Shown: positions 10,073 through 23,527 of the stretch, piece after piece
Position numbering within the stretch: the stretch's first letter is position 1
Layout of the letters: each line of letters opens with the position of its first letter
Assembly (NCBI GenBank): GCA_030740155.1
Contig: JASLXV010000080.1
Span: forward strand, 32,001 to 96,000
DNA length: 64,000 nt
Reading direction: 5' to 3'
Source of the DNA: Dehalococcoidia bacterium
GTDB taxonomy: Bacteria; Chloroflexota; Dehalococcoidia; Lucifugimonadales; UBA3495
The notes under the pieces: model-generated
Told to the model about the DNA's origin: nothing
Database searches by the model: none
What the model saw: the letters and a program-made list of their open reading frames with translations, nothing else
Position numbers and translations under genes: made by a program

Positions 10073-10339
10073 ATGATATCTGATAGCAAAGTGGATGCCC
10101 TGAAGCGGCTGAGCTACGTCGAGGGGCACCTATCCGGCATTCGTAAGATGCTGGAAGAAGACAAGTATTGCGTCGACGTCCTCAAGCAGACCTACGCCGT
10201 CAGGCGGGCCATCGAGAAGATCGAAGGTATCATGCTGGAGGGTCACCTGCACTCCTGCGTGGTGGAAGGGATCAAGACTGGGCGCGAGGACCAGGTGCTC
10301 GACGAATTGAAAGACCTGTACTTTCTTGCCAACAAATAA
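10073..10339 (+). CDS. csoR: Copper-sensing repressor CsoR
   Basis: LKRLSYVEGHLSGIRKM..YCVDVLKQ..HLHSCV with Cys/His/Cys Cu ligands. ATG 10073 chosen for the GAGGA RBS (alternative 10058). Confidence 0.9.
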   Translation: MISDSKVDALKRLSYVEGHLSGIRKMLEEDKYCVDVLKQTYAVRRAIEKIEGIMLEGHLHSCVVEGIKTGREDQVLDELKDLYFLANK

Positions 10340-10384
10340 CCGGGCCAACAAATGACCGGGCCGATTCTAGATAGAGGTTCTTAC

Positions 10385-12907
10385 ATGGCTACTGGATCTC
10401 AGCAAGCTGAACGCGTAACTCTGCCGGTGGAGGGGATGACCTGTGCCTCGTGTGTTGCCCATGTCGAGTCGGCGCTCAAGGAGGTCCCGGGCGTCGCCGG
10501 CGTCAGTGTAAACCTGGCTACCGAAAAGGCCGCCGTGGAGTTTAGCGAGCGGGAGGTACCTTTCGAGCAGCTTCGCGAGGCCGTGAGCCAGGCCGGGTAC
10601 AAGATTTCCACTTCTCGAATGACGCTGAACCTGGGCGGCATGACCTGCGCCTCCTGCGTCGCCCACGTCGAGTCGGCCCTGAAAGGGGTCTCGGGGGTGA
10701 CTGAGGCCGCCGTCAACCTGGCCACCGAAAAAGCCACGGTGGACTACGTCGCGGGTATAGCCGAGCTGGACGATTTCCGCCAGGCAGTCGAGGAGGCCGG
10801 ATACCGGGTCGAAGGATTGGATACGGACACCGGGAGCACCAAGGAGGAGATGGATAGGCTGGCCAAGGTCAAGGAGATCCGGGCCTTGGGAAACAAGGTG
10901 ATGCTGGCCGGAGCCGGAGCTATCCTCCTTTTCCTGGGGACCTTCGGTGCTTTTCCGTGGGTTGATTCTTTCATGGAGCGGGGGTTCTACCCGTTCTTGC
11001 TGTGGGCCGTGGCTACGCCAATCCAGTTCTGGGCTGGATGGATGTTCTACTCTTCCGGAATACCCCCCGTGCGGCACCGGCGGGCCAACATGCACACGCT
11101 GATCGCGATGGGCACCAGCACCGCATACCTCTACAGCGTGGCCGTGGTGTTGCTGGACGCGGTGTCGCCTCAGGTCTTGGTGGACAACGGAATCGGTACC
11201 GAGGTCTACTTCGATACGGCGGCGCTGATCATCGCCTTGATAATGCTGGGGCGCTGGCTGGAGGCGCGGGCCAAGGGCAAGACATCGGAGGCCATCCGGC
11301 GGCTCATGGGCATGCGCCCCAATACCGCCCGCTTGATCCGCGACGGCCGGGAGGTGGACGTTCCGATCGATACGGTGGTCCCCGGCGATATAATCCTGGT
11401 GCGTCCCGGAGAGAAGGTGCAGGTGGACGGAAAGGTGACCGAGGGCTACTCGACGGTAGACGAGTCGATGCTGACCGGAGAGAGCATGCCGGTGGACAAG
11501 CAGCCCGGCATGGTGGTCTACGGCGCCACTCTCAACAAGCACGGCGCTTTCCAGTTCAGCGCCACCAAGGTTGGAAAGGACACGGTGCTGGCCCAGATCA
11601 TCCGCCTGGTGGAGGATGCTCAGGGCTCCAAGGCCCCGATCCAGCGGCTGGCCGACCAGGTGGCGGCCTACTTCGTGCCCGCCGTCATCGCCACCGCCCT
11701 GGCCGCCTTCCTGTTCTGGCTGCTGCTGGGACCGGCCCCGGCCTTGACCTTCGCCACCCTGGTGTTCGTGGCGGTGCTGATCATCGCCTGCCCCTGCGCC
11801 CTCGGCCTGGCCACTCCCACCGCCATTATAGTGGGCACCGGCAAGGGAGCCGAGCTTGGGGTGTTGATCCGGGGCGCTCAGGCCTTGGAGATTTCCCACA
11901 AGGTCAACGTGGTGGTGCTGGACAAGACCGGTACCCTGACCACCGGGAGGCCGGTGGTTACCGACCTGGTCGCCGTGGGCACCTCCGAGGATGAACTGCT
12001 GCGGCTGGCGGCCTCGGCGGAGCGGGGCTCGGAACATCCCCTCGGCGAGGCCATCGTCCTGGAGGCCCAGGCGCGGGACCTGGAGCTGAAGCCGGCGGAA
12101 CGTTTCCAGGCAATACCCGGGCTTGGCATCGAGGCCCAAATCGATGGACGCCTGCTGCAATTCGGCAACCAGGCTCTCATGGAAGCCGGCAATGTCCCGC
12201 TCAATGGCCTGGCAGAAAGGGCCCATGAGCTGGCCATCCAGGGCAAGACGCCCATGTTCCTGGCGTCCGAAAACGCCGCCCTGGGAGTCATCGCCGTGGC
12301 CGACACCCTGAAGCCGACTTCCCGGGACGGTGTGGCCCGGTTGCAGCAGATGGGACTGGAAGTGGTGATGTTGACCGGCGACAATGCTCAGACCGCCAGG
12401 GCGATCGGCGAACAGTTGGGCGTGGACCAGGTTGAGGCCGAGGTCTTGCCCCAGGACAAGGCGGCGGTGGTGCGCCGGCTTCAATCTCAGGGGAAAGTGG
12501 TGGCCATGGTGGGCGATGGCATCAACGACGCCCCCGCTCTGGCCCAGGCGGACGTGGGACTGGCCATGGGCACGGGCACCGACGTGGCCATGGAGTCGGC
12601 GGATATTACCCTGATGCGGAGCGACGTTGGCGGGGTAATCACCGCGTTCAACCTGAGCCGCCAGACCATCCGGACGGTCAAGCAGAACCTGTTTTGGGCC
12701 TTCTTTTACAACGTGATGCTGATTCCGGTGGCGGCCGGGGCCCTGTACCCGCTGTTCCAGGCTGTGGGCGGCGTCCCCGGCAGCATGGACTTCTTCTTCG
12801 GCGACCAGGGGTTCTTGAACCCGGTGCTGGCGGCCCTGGCCATGGCCTTCAGCTCGGTTACCGTGGTGAGCAACTCCTTGCGCCTGCGGAGAGCCAAGGT
12901 TGTTTAG
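10385..12907 (+). CDS. copA: Cu(I)-translocating P1B-type ATPase
   Basis: Two GMTCASC HMA domains, TGES, CPC, DKTGT, SEHPL, GDGIND, FFYN and MAFSS. Confidence 0.95.
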   Translation: MATGSQQAERVTLPVEGMTCASCVAHVESALKEVPGVAGVSVNLATEKAAVEFSEREVPFEQLREAVSQAGYKISTSRMTLNLGGMTCASCVAHVESALKGVSGVTEAAVNLATEKATVDYVAGIAELDDFRQAVEEAGYRVEGLDTDTGSTKEEMDRLAKVKEIRALGNKVMLAGAGAILLFLGTFGAFPWVDSFMERGFYPFLLWAVATPIQFWAGWMFYSSGIPPVRHRRANMHTLIAMGTSTAYLYSVAVVLLDAVSPQVLVDNGIGTEVYFDTAALIIALIMLGRWLEARAKGKTSEAIRRLMGMRPNTARLIRDGREVDVPIDTVVPGDIILVRPGEKVQVDGKVTEGYSTVDESMLTGESMPVDKQPGMVVYGATLNKHGAFQFSATKVGKDTVLAQIIRLVEDAQGSKAPIQRLADQVAAYFVPAVIATALAAFLFWLLLGPAPALTFATLVFVAVLIIACPCALGLATPTAIIVGTGKGAELGVLIRGAQALEISHKVNVVVLDKTGTLTTGRPVVTDLVAVGTSEDELLRLAASAERGSEHPLGEAIVLEAQARDLELKPAERFQAIPGLGIEAQIDGRLLQFGNQALMEAGNVPLNGLAERAHELAIQGKTPMFLASENAALGVIAVADTLKPTSRDGVARLQQMGLEVVMLTGDNAQTARAIGEQLGVDQVEAEVLPQDKAAVVRRLQSQGKVVAMVGDGINDAPALAQADVGLAMGTGTDVAMESADITLMRSDVGGVITAFNLSRQTIRTVKQNLFWAFFYNVMLIPVAAGALYPLFQAVGGVPGSMDFFFGDQGFLNPVLAALAMAFSSVTVVSNSLRLRRAKVV

Positions 12908-12946
12908 GATGGTTGTCTAAACGGTTGTCTAAACGGTTGTTCAAAT
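12898..12946 (+). repeat. Short tandem direct repeat (about 12-nt unit, 4 copies) at the copA stop
   Basis: GGTTGTTTAGGAT GGTTGTCTAAAC GGTTGTCTAAAC GGTTGTTCAAAT. Confidence 0.75.
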
Positions 12947-13027
12947 GGGGCTTTGGGGAACCCTTTCGGGCAAGAGAGGGTCTCCCAGGCCCCTTCCATA
13001 ATACTCAAATCAGTGGAGGAATAGGAC

Positions 13028-13243
13028 GTGGCGACAGCTATCGATCCCATATGCAAGATGGAAGTGGACACGGGGAATCCCTCGGGAGGGCAGAGCGAGT
13101 ACCAGGGGACCAGCTACTACTTTTGCGCGCCGGGCTGCAAGGTTGCTTTCGACAAAGAGCCGGAGAAGTACCTGTCGGGTGAATCGGCGGCGCCGGCGTC
13201 CAAGCCCACCTTCTTCTCTAAGATCTTCGGCCGCAAGCACTGA
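13028..13243 (+). CDS. YHS domain protein (putative copper-binding)
   Basis: DPICKMEV..YQGTSYYFCAPGCK..FDKEPEKYL; GTG start after GGAGG; downstream of copA. Confidence 0.9.
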   Translation: MATAIDPICKMEVDTGNPSGGQSEYQGTSYYFCAPGCKVAFDKEPEKYLSGESAAPASKPTFFSKIFGRKH

Positions 13244-13261
13244 AGAGAGATCTAACCCGGT

Positions 13262-13337
13262 CCGTCAGCCCAGCGAAGGCCGGGATCGATGAGCCGCTTC
13301 TCTGGATTCCCCTTCCACGGAAGGGCCGGAAAGACGG
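13262..13337. repeat. 76-bp REP-doublet/MITE-like element, copy 1
   Basis: Its reverse complement closely matches 57861-57936, with the same length and a shared CCGTC.TTCCGGCCCTTCCGTGGAAGGGGAATCCAG. Confidence 0.8.
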
Positions 13338-13427
13338 TCACGGGGAGGGAAGGCCGCGCAGGTGCGCCGATCCAGAGCTGCTTGCGCGACAGTTTCCAGG
13401 CGCATGGCCAACGTGGTCGTCGCTGGA

Positions 13428-13499
13428 TGTCATTCCGAGGAGCGGAGGGACGAGGAATCTCAGCGTGACACCGGGATTCCACGCCTGCGGCTCGGAATC
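13428..13499. repeat. REP-like element (GTCATTCCGAG..GAGGAATCTC type)
   Basis: TGTCATTCCGAGGAGCGGAGGGACGAGGAATCTC ... GATTCCACGCCTGCGGCTCGGAAT. Confidence 0.6.
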
Positions 13500-13565
13500 G
13501 TTCGCGCCCGGATTGGATAGGTACCGCGGCCGACGAAAATGGACGCTGCCCGGATCCGGGACCTT

Positions 13566-13600
13566 GATGTAGAGGCGGGCTTCAAACCCGCCTCTACATC
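13566..13600. repeat. GTAG-type REP hairpin
   Basis: Perfect 14-bp stem GATGTAGAGGCGGG-CTTCAAA-CCCGCCTCTACATC just past the secA stop. Confidence 0.75.
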
Positions 13601-13633
13601 ATCGTTCAAATCTTGGTGCACCGGCGCGGCGGG

Positions 13634-16258
<2,625 letters not shown>

Positions 16259-16794
16259 GCGAGTCACCACCTATTTCGGGTTCCCGCCCGCCGGGCGCCG
16301 TTAGGGGCCGGCGGGCGAGGGAACGGTCATAATGATGAGGCGCCGCCCCACTTGCCGCTTCCGGCGCCGGGCTGGCGGCATCCAGGGACCTCCTCTTGGA
16401 AGAACAACAGACATTATCTCTATTGTAGCGAAAGTAGACGGCCGCTGCACACTGGCTCGGAAGGGTAATGTGCGCAGAAAAGCCGGGAGAGGGCCCTTCA
16501 AAGAGCTTTTGCCTGACTGGTAAATGGCGGCGAATCCCGCCCCGGTAAGACGGCGGGCGAGAACTTCAGCATCGCCTTGGCGGGGGGCCTATGTTTCTGA
16601 ATAACCGGTACTCAGGTTGAGGGAGGGGTCTACAGGCTGCGTAAATGGCCCGGTGGGTTGTCTGGTAAACGGCTTTCCACCGGAGAAGATATGGGACAGC
16701 CCCTCCCCGCGAGCGGCCCCGATGCAATCAGGGCCGGGATGACGGACCGGGCGCCAAGCTGCTCAAGAGACACTGGGCTGGATTGCAAGGCCAC

Positions 16795-17868
16795 CTACGA
16801 GACGGTACTCTGAACCGCCTGGCCAACTCTCTCGTGGGTCCAGTTCAGCAGCTCCTCGGTCTCTTCCCATCCGATGCAGGCGTCGGTGATCGAGACGCCG
16901 TACTTCAATCGGGGCGGGATTCCATTTAAACTCTGGTTGCCCGGGTTCAGGTGGCTCTCCAGCATGCAGCCGATGATGTCGGTGTTGCCGGCCACGCGCT
17001 GCTCCACCACGGATTTTAAGGCAATGGCCTGCTTGGAATAGTCTTTGGCGGAATTGCCGTGGCTGCAGTCCACCAGGAGATGGGAGCGGACTCCCGCGGC
17101 TTCGAGCTGCATCTTGGACTCGGCGATGGCCTTGGCGCCGTAGTTCGGTCCGTGCCGGCCACCCCGGAGCACGAGGTGCCCGTCCGGGTTGCCGGTGGTA
17201 CGGACGATCGCCGTCCGGCCTTCGTGGTCGAGGCCTAGAAAAGCGTGGCTGGAACGCGCGGAAACCGTCGCGTCGACGGCTATCTGAGCATTGCCGTCGG
17301 TGCCGTTCTTGAACCCCACAGGCATACTCAGCCCGCTGGCCATCTGACGATGGGTCTGGCTCTCGGTGGTACGGGCGCCGATGGTCGCCCAGGTCACCAG
17401 GCCCGCCAGATACTGGGGCACCACGGGGTCGAGAAACTCCGAGCCGGCGTACAATCCCATCTCGGCGATCTTCAAGAGCAAAGTACGGGCCCGGTGCATG
17501 CCTGTCTCAATATCAAAGCTGTCGTCCAGGTGGGGATCGTAGATGAACCCCTTCCAGCCCACCGTTGTCCGCGGCTTCTCAAAGTAGACGCGCATCACTA
17601 TCAGCAGCCGGTCACTCAGCTTCTTCGAGGATTCGAGAAGCCGCCCCGCGTACTCCAGGGCAGCTTTCTCGTCATGAATCGAGCATGGCCCGACGACCAG
17701 CATGAACCTTGAGTCCAGGCCATTCAAGATGTCGCGGAGCTGCTGCCGGCCGGATAGCACGGTTTTCTCCGCTTCCGGGCTGACCGGCAGTTTGTTGACC
17801 AGATCTAATGGTGAGATGAGCTGCATGGTGCTCTCGATGTGTACGTCCCTGGCGGCTGATGGCTGCAT
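16795..17868 (-). CDS. aroG: 3-deoxy-7-phosphoheptulonate (DAHP) synthase, class I-alpha (AroF/G/H type)
   Basis: GPCSIHD, RVYFEKPRTTVGWKG, IGARTTESQTHR, GFKNGTDG, DCSHGNS and SITDAC; ATG 17868 after AAGGGAG. Feedback specificity is not assignable. Confidence 0.95.
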   Translation of the reverse strand: MQPSAARDVHIESTMQLISPLDLVNKLPVSPEAEKTVLSGRQQLRDILNGLDSRFMLVVGPCSIHDEKAALEYAGRLLESSKKLSDRLLIVMRVYFEKPRTTVGWKGFIYDPHLDDSFDIETGMHRARTLLLKIAEMGLYAGSEFLDPVVPQYLAGLVTWATIGARTTESQTHRQMASGLSMPVGFKNGTDGNAQIAVDATVSARSSHAFLGLDHEGRTAIVRTTGNPDGHLVLRGGRHGPNYGAKAIAESKMQLEAAGVRSHLLVDCSHGNSAKDYSKQAIALKSVVEQRVAGNTDIIGCMLESHLNPGNQSLNGIPPRLKYGVSITDACIGWEETEELLNWTHERVGQAVQSTVS

Positions 17869-17965
17869 GTCTTCGCTCCCCTTAGTCTCGTGGTAGCGCC
17901 GTTCGCCGGCTTCCGGGGGTCCACCTTTCGGTATTGATCGTGCTCTGATCCGGCATGATTGCCTC

Positions 17966-18002
17966 AACACAACAAAACACCCCAACCGCTGCCGGTTGGG
18001 GT
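17966..18002 (-). terminator. Intrinsic terminator of the DAHP synthase attenuator
   Basis: Minus strand: ACCCCAACCG-GCAG-CGGTTGGGGT 10-bp stem followed by GTTTTGTTGTGTT, about 100 nt upstream of the aroG start. Confidence 0.8.
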
Positions 18003-18031
18003 CTTGGTGTTTCCGGGAATCTTGTTCTAGG

Positions 18032-18124
18032 TCATCTGTTTTCGGGCACCAAACCTCGGCCGGCAGCGCTGGAGCCAGTAAAAAGCCAGTAATACCCGTA
18101 AAACCGGTGTGAACTGATCATCAT
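18032..18124 (-). CDS. Aromatic-amino-acid attenuator leader peptide MMISSHRFYGYYWLFTGSSAAGRGLVPENR
   Basis: 30-codon uORF with 6 aromatic codons in an 8-codon window (F,Y,Y,Y,W,F). Its 3' half is complementary to the 5' arm and loop of the terminator. Confidence 0.85.
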   Translation of the reverse strand: MMISSHRFYGYYWLFTGSSAAGRGLVPENR

Positions 18125-18129
18125 TATAG

Positions 18130-18157
18130 ATAATACCGCTAATTTCGCGGTTGTCAA
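18130..18157 (-). promoter_or_regulatory. sigma70 promoter driving the leader-aroG transcript
   Basis: TTGACA (18157-18152), 16 nt, TATTAT (18135-18130); leader ATG lies 5 nt further on, with no SD sequence. Confidence 0.7.
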
Positions 18158-18264
18158 TGCCCGCTACCCCAACCCGGTGGCAGCGGCCGACCACCCGCCA
18201 CGGAGGCTTTGGTTGGCTTGACGGCCTGCCGGGGTCCCGCGGGGTCGAAGCCCCGGGCCCGCCG

Positions 18265-19275
18265 CTACTCCGCGGTTCCCGTCCGGACGGCGCCGATCAA
18301 CTCGGTCACGTGGCGAACTCCCGACTGCTCCAGGTATTCCCGGAGCCCTTCCAGGATGCGGAAAGGAGACCCCATGTCGACCAGGTTGGCGCTGCCCACC
18401 TGGACCGCTGTGGCGCCCGCCAGGATGAACTCGAGGGCGTGGGCAGCTTCGAAGATACCCCCGCAGCCGATGATCGGCACGTCCACGGCCTGGGCGGTGC
18501 GGTACACCAGAGAAATGGCAATCGGACGCAGTCCATGGCCGGAAAGGCCGCCGGCGCCGGCGCCGAGCACCGGCCGGCGGGTCTCCAGGTCGATGGACAT
18601 CGCCGGGATGGTGTTGGAGATGGTCAGGGCATCGGCTCCCGCGTCCACCGCTGCCCGAGCGATCTCGGTGATGTCGGGCACGTTGGGCGACAGCTTTACC
18701 AAAACCGGCAGGTCGGTCTTGGCCCTCACGGCCCCCACCGCTTCCCCCGCGAGCTTGGCGCTATGGCTGAACATGGCGCCGTTCTCGATATTGGGGCAGC
18801 TCAGGTTGATTTCCAGGGCCTGAAACCCGCTGGCACCCTGGGTCATGGCCGTCATCTCACCGAATTCCGCGACGCTTTCGGCGGCCAGGCTCAGCACCAC
18901 GGTGGTGCCCAGCTCGGCCCACTGAGGGGCAGCGTCGGAAAGGGTGGCCTCGATACCCGGATTGGCCAGGCCGACAGAGTTGAGGAAAACGAATTCCCCG
19001 GCCGCAAATGCCCGGCGAAAGGATTGTGGATACCAGCGCGGCTCCGGGTTGCCCTCCCTTGGATGGCGGGAGACGGTCTTGGGTATCACGGCGCCCAACA
19101 GGCTCAAGTCCAGCTCCGGGGGCATGCCCCGGCCGTATCCGTCGTAGCCGAAGGTGCCGGAGGCGATTATCACCGGGCTGGCTATATGCAGGTGGTGCCG
19201 GTTCCGGGGCGCCAAGTCCACCGCAAGGCCGACATTCTGAGACGCCTCCGGAACTCCGGCAACCTCTTTACTCAT
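18265..19275 (-). CDS. pyrD: Dihydroorotate dehydrogenase, family 1 (PyrD-like catalytic subunit)
   Basis: [44 protein letters not shown] and [11 protein letters not shown] overlaps the rpoC stop (ATGAGTAA). Confidence 0.88.
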   Translation of the reverse strand: MSKEVAGVPEASQNVGLAVDLAPRNRHHLHIASPVIIASGTFGYDGYGRGMPPELDLSLLGAVIPKTVSRHPREGNPEPRWYPQSFRRAFAAGEFVFLNSVGLANPGIEATLSDAAPQWAELGTTVVLSLAAESVAEFGEMTAMTQGASGFQALEINLSCPNIENGAMFSHSAKLAGEAVGAVRAKTDLPVLVKLSPNVPDITEIARAAVDAGADALTISNTIPAMSIDLETRRPVLGAGAGGLSGHGLRPIAISLVYRTAQAVDVPIIGCGGIFEAAHALEFILAGATAVQVGSANLVDMGSPFRILEGLREYLEQSGVRHVTELIGAVRTGTAE

Positions 19276-22200
19276 CGGGCTCGCCGTCGACTTCCTTTCC
19301 GCCGTCATCGCCGCTGCCGGACTCCTCTGCCACCGGGGTGTTGTCGTCCGGGGTGTTCTCGTCGAGGATGGGGTCGCCGCTGCCGGACTCCCCGGCCACC
19401 GGGGCGGCATCGCTAGAGTCTTCCCCGCCAAAGATATTGTCCACCTCACCGGGGTCTATATCCTCGGCGCCTTCCTGAAAGAAGGGGTGGCCCGAGGAAG
19501 GTGGCGGTCCCTCCGAGATGGGGAACCGTATATCTTCGGGCCCACTGGGAATTCCCAGCCAGCCGCCTGGGGCCACCGTCAGCTCCGAAATGATCTCCGG
19601 CTCCAAGAGTTGCTCCATGCCTGGGGTATCGATGCGAGCCGGGATCAAGCGGCCGATGATTACGTTTTCCTTTAAACCGAGCAGCCAGTCCTGGGCGCCG
19701 CTGACCGCCGCCTGGGTGAGAACCCTGGTGGTCTCCTGGAAAGATGCCGCTGACAGGAAGCTATCGGTGAGCAGAGAGGCCCGGGTAACCCCCAGCAGCA
19801 CTGGCTTGGCCGTGGCGGGCTCCCCACCCTCGGCCAACACTTTGGCGTTCTTCTCCTGGAACTCGAATTTGTCCACCATCTGACCCGGAATAAAGTCGGA
19901 GTCTCCGGTGGATTCCACCTGGACCCGCCGCAGCATCTGGCGCAGGATTATTTCGATGTGTTTGTCGTGAATGCTGACGCCCTGGGATAGGTACACCTGC
20001 TGAACCTCATCCACCAGGTACCGTTGCAGATCGTCTTTGCCCCCGATATGAAGGATGTCATGGGGATTCAACCGGCCGCCGATGAGGGCGTCGCCGGCCT
20101 TGACCTGGGCGCCGTCGCTGACCAGGATGTGGGCCGATGCGGGAATGAGGTGTTCCCGCTCCTCCACGTCCTCCCAGATGATGGAGATGCCTTCTTTGTT
20201 TAGATCCACCCGGCCTCCCATGTTCGCCACCACCTCTTCAGCAGGCGTGGGATCATCTTCAGCGGCGGCGCCATTTTCACCGGACAAGGAAATGACGGTG
20301 CTGGCCAGGACCATGCCTGGCTCCACGTACTCTCCCTGTTCGACGAGTATCTGGGCGTCCTTCGGGAGGGAGTAGTCCTCCCGGAACTCCTCCCGGCTAA
20401 CCATCTTTAGCCGCCGGCCGTCTTCGTCGACCTCTATCTCCACCGTGCCGTCGATGTCCGCCAAGATGGCGGCCCCTTTGGGGACACGGGCTTCGAACAG
20501 CTCTTCCACTCGGGGCAGGCCGCTGGTGATGTCCAGGCCGGCAACGCCTCCGGTGTGGAAGGTCCTCATGGTCAGCTGGGTGCCCGGCTCGCCGATGCTC
20601 TGGGCGGCGATGATGCCCACCGCCTGGCCTTCTTCCACCGTGAACCCGGTGGCCGGCAACCGGCCGTAACACATTTGGCAAACGCCTCGGTGGGCTTCGC
20701 AGTTCAGCGGTGACCGCACTGGGATCTCGTTCACGCCGGCTTCCACCAACTGGTCGGCGATACGTTTGTCGATATCCTGGTTCCGGTCTACCAGTATCTC
20801 CCCGGTCTCTGGATGAGCAACGGGGGCCGCCGAGTACCGGCCCACCAGGCGATCTCGCATCGACACATGCATTGGATCGTCGGGACGGACGTATACCCAA
20901 TAGGCGTCATAGGTGCCGCAGTCGCTCTCCAGGACGATTACTTCCTGAGCTATGTCGATCAACCGGCGGGTCAGATACCCGCTGTCGGCGGTCCGCAACG
21001 CGGTGTCGGCCAGACCTTTGCGGGCTCCGTGGGTGGAGATGAAGTACTCCAGCGCGGTCAGCCCCTCGCGGAAGCTGGACTTGATGGGCAGGTCGATGAT
21101 CCGCCCCTTGGGGTTGCTCATCAGGCCGCGCATGCCGGCCATCTGTTTGATCTGGGAAATGTTACCCTTGGCCCCCGACCGCGCCATTACCGCGATGCCG
21201 CCGTAGTTGGACAACTCCTCTTCCACTAGTGCCGTGGTCTGGTCCGAGGCCTTGGTCCAGACCTCCACCGCATTGTTGTAGCGTTCCTCCTCGGAGATGA
21301 GGCCGGAGAGGAACTGCTCATCGAGATTGGCGACCAGCTTGGTTGCCCGGTTCAATATCTCCGGCTTTTTGACCGACACCTGGATGTCGTTGATGGCGAT
21401 GGTGATGCCTGAAGCGGTGGCGTAGTGAAAGCCCAACTCCTTAATCGCGTCCAACGCCTGCGCCGTCTCGTCGTTGGTTAGACTATGGTAGAGTTCCGCG
21501 GTCAGCTCTTTCAGGCAGCCTCGGTCCATTAACTTGTTTTGGAAGCCGATGGACGAAGGCAAGATCTCGTTGAATATCAGACGGCCCAAGGTGGTTTCCG
21601 TCCAGTCGTCACCATCGGTGCCCTCGACGGTCCGCACGAAGATGCGGGCCTGGAGGCCGATGAGCCCCGACGCATGGGCGATCCGCGCCTCGTCGAAGTC
21701 GTAGAACCGGCGCCCCTCGCCAACGCTGCCTTCCCGCAACTCGGTGAGGTAGAAGCAGCCCATTACCATGTCCAGGGTGGGTGCGACCAGCGGGTCCCCG
21801 GAGGCGGGCGACAGCATATTGTGGGTGCTCAGCATGGTCTCGCGGGCTTCCAGCACCGCCATCCTCGAAAGAGGCACGTGGACCGCCATCTGGTCGCCGT
21901 CGAAGTCCGCGTTGAACGCGGAGCACACCAGGGGGTGAATCTGGATGGCGTTGCCTTCGATGAGCACCGGCATGAAGGCCTGGATGCCCAGCCGGTGCAA
22001 GGTGGGCGCCCGGTTCAGCATCACCGGCCGGTCTTTGATCACGTCTTCCAGGATGTCCCAAACCTCGGGCCGGGCCCGCTCCACCATTCGCTTGGCGTTC
22101 TTGATGTTGGGGGCGATTCCCAAGACGGCCAGGCGGTGCATCACGAAGGGCTTGAACAGCTCCAGCGCCATCCGCTTGGGCAGGCCACACTGGTGCATCT

Positions 22201-23527
22201 TGAGTTCCGGCCCGACCACGATCACGGAGCGGCCGCTGTAGTCCACCCGCTTGCCCAACAGGTTCTGGCGGAAGCGGCCTTGCTTGCCGCGCAGCAGGTC
22301 GGACAGGGACTTGAGCTTGTGATTATGGCTTCCCTGGATGGGGCGGCCCCGGCGCCCGTTGTCGATCAGGGCGTCCACCGCCTCCTGGAGCATCCGCTTT
22401 TCGTTGCGGATAATTATCTCTGGCGCTCCCAGGTCGGTGAGGCGCTTCAACCGGTTGTTCCGGTTGATGACCCGGCGGTAGAGGTCGTTGAGGTCGCTGG
22501 TGGCGAACCGGCCTCCATCCAGCTGGACCATGGGCCGCAGCTCCGGAGGCAGAACCGGCAGCACGGAGAGGATCATGTCTGCTACCCGGTTATCGCTGTT
22601 GCGGAAGGACTCGACGACCCGCAGCCGCTTGATGGCCTTCTTACGCCGCTGGCCGGAGGTGGAATGCATCTCGTGGATCAGGTACTCTCGCAGGGCTTCC
22701 AGGTCGATGGTCCTCAGGATGGCCAGGATGGCCTCGGCCCCCATTGCCGCCTGGAAGACCTTGCCGTAATGCTCTTTAAGCTCCCGGTAGCGGGATTCGG
22801 CGATGAGCTTGTGGACCCGCAGGTCTTGAAGCTCGTCGATCACGGTTTGGAACTGCTCTTCCAGCTGTGACTCTTCCAGGGTCAGCTGGGCGTTAATGGC
22901 GTCGATCTCAGCCTGGGCGGCCTGTTGCTCGACCTGCGCTTCCGGGCCGGCTTCGGGGCTGATTTCAGCTTCAACGGTTGCGGTTAGTTCCAGGGTCCGC
23001 TCCGCGGCGGTCCGGCGGCGCTTCTCGACCTCATTCTCCAACTTGGCCCGCTCTTCCTCAACGGACTCCTGCCTGGCCTCCTCGTCCACGGATACGATGA
23101 TGTGCTGGGCGAAATAGAGGACCCGCTCCAGGTTTCTGGGAGAGAGGTCTAAAAGGAGGCCAAGCCGGCTGGGCGTGGTTTTGCTGAACCAGATGTGGGC
23201 GACCGGGGCCGCGAGCCGGATGTGGCCCATGCGCTCGCGCCGCACCTTGGATCGGGTTACCTCCACGCCGCACCGGTCACAGATGACTCCCCGGTAGCGG
23301 ATCCGCTTGTACTTGCCGCAGAAGCACTCCCAGTCCTTGGTTGGGCCGAAAAGCCGCTCGCAGAAAAGACCGTCTTTCTCCGGCCGTAGGGTGCGGTAGT
23401 TAATGGTTTCCGGTTTGGTGACCTCGCCGTGGGACCAGTTTAATATCTGCTCTGGAGAGGCGATGGATATTCGAATAGCGTTGAAATTGGTGCCCTGGGA
23501 ATCGGTTCTGTCTGCCATCCTTACCAT
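19268..23527 (-). CDS. rpoC: DNA-directed RNA polymerase subunit beta'
   Basis: KPETINYRT, Zn-finger [21 protein letters not shown] and [11 protein letters not shown]. Confidence 0.99.
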   Translation of the reverse strand: MVRMADRTDSQGTNFNAIRISIASPEQILNWSHGEVTKPETINYRTLRPEKDGLFCERLFGPTKDWECFCGKYKRIRYRGVICDRCGVEVTRSKVRRERMGHIRLAAPVAHIWFSKTTPSRLGLLLDLSPRNLERVLYFAQHIIVSVDEEARQESVEEERAKLENEVEKRRRTAAERTLELTATVEAEISPEAGPEAQVEQQAAQAEIDAINAQLTLEESQLEEQFQTVIDELQDLRVHKLIAESRYRELKEHYGKVFQAAMGAEAILAILRTIDLEALREYLIHEMHSTSGQRRKKAIKRLRVVESFRNSDNRVADMILSVLPVLPPELRPMVQLDGGRFATSDLNDLYRRVINRNNRLKRLTDLGAPEIIIRNEKRMLQEAVDALIDNGRRGRPIQGSHNHKLKSLSDLLRGKQGRFRQNLLGKRVDYSGRSVIVVGPELKMHQCGLPKRMALELFKPFVMHRLAVLGIAPNIKNAKRMVERARPEVWDILEDVIKDRPVMLNRAPTLHRLGIQAFMPVLIEGNAIQIHPLVCSAFNADFDGDQMAVHVPLSRMAVLEARETMLSTHNMLSPASGDPLVAPTLDMVMGCFYLTELREGSVGEGRRFYDFDEARIAHASGLIGLQARIFVRTVEGTDGDDWTETTLGRLIFNEILPSSIGFQNKLMDRGCLKELTAELYHSLTNDETAQALDAIKELGFHYATASGITIAINDIQVSVKKPEILNRATKLVANLDEQFLSGLISEEERYNNAVEVWTKASDQTTALVEEELSNYGGIAVMARSGAKGNISQIKQMAGMRGLMSNPKGRIIDLPIKSSFREGLTALEYFISTHGARKGLADTALRTADSGYLTRRLIDIAQEVIVLESDCGTYDAYWVYVRPDDPMHVSMRDRLVGRYSAAPVAHPETGEILVDRNQDIDKRIADQLVEAGVNEIPVRSPLNCEAHRGVCQMCYGRLPATGFTVEEGQAVGIIAAQSIGEPGTQLTMRTFHTGGVAGLDITSGLPRVEELFEARVPKGAAILADIDGTVEIEVDEDGRRLKMVSREEFREDYSLPKDAQILVEQGEYVEPGMVLASTVISLSGENGAAAEDDPTPAEEVVANMGGRVDLNKEGISIIWEDVEEREHLIPASAHILVSDGAQVKAGDALIGGRLNPHDILHIGGKDDLQRYLVDEVQQVYLSQGVSIHDKHIEIILRQMLRRVQVESTGDSDFIPGQMVDKFEFQEKNAKVLAEGGEPATAKPVLLGVTRASLLTDSFLSAASFQETTRVLTQAAVSGAQDWLLGLKENVIIGRLIPARIDTPGMEQLLEPEIISELTVAPGGWLGIPSGPEDIRFPISEGPPPSSGHPFFQEGAEDIDPGEVDNIFGGEDSSDAAPVAGESGSGDPILDENTPDDNTPVAEESGSGDDGGKEVDGEPDE

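Noticed and set aside
10367..12484. Long antisense ORFs (705 aa here; also 42387-44198, 21539-22870, 5918-7255)
   Set aside because: Shadow frames of real genes in high-GC DNA, with no recognisable motifs.
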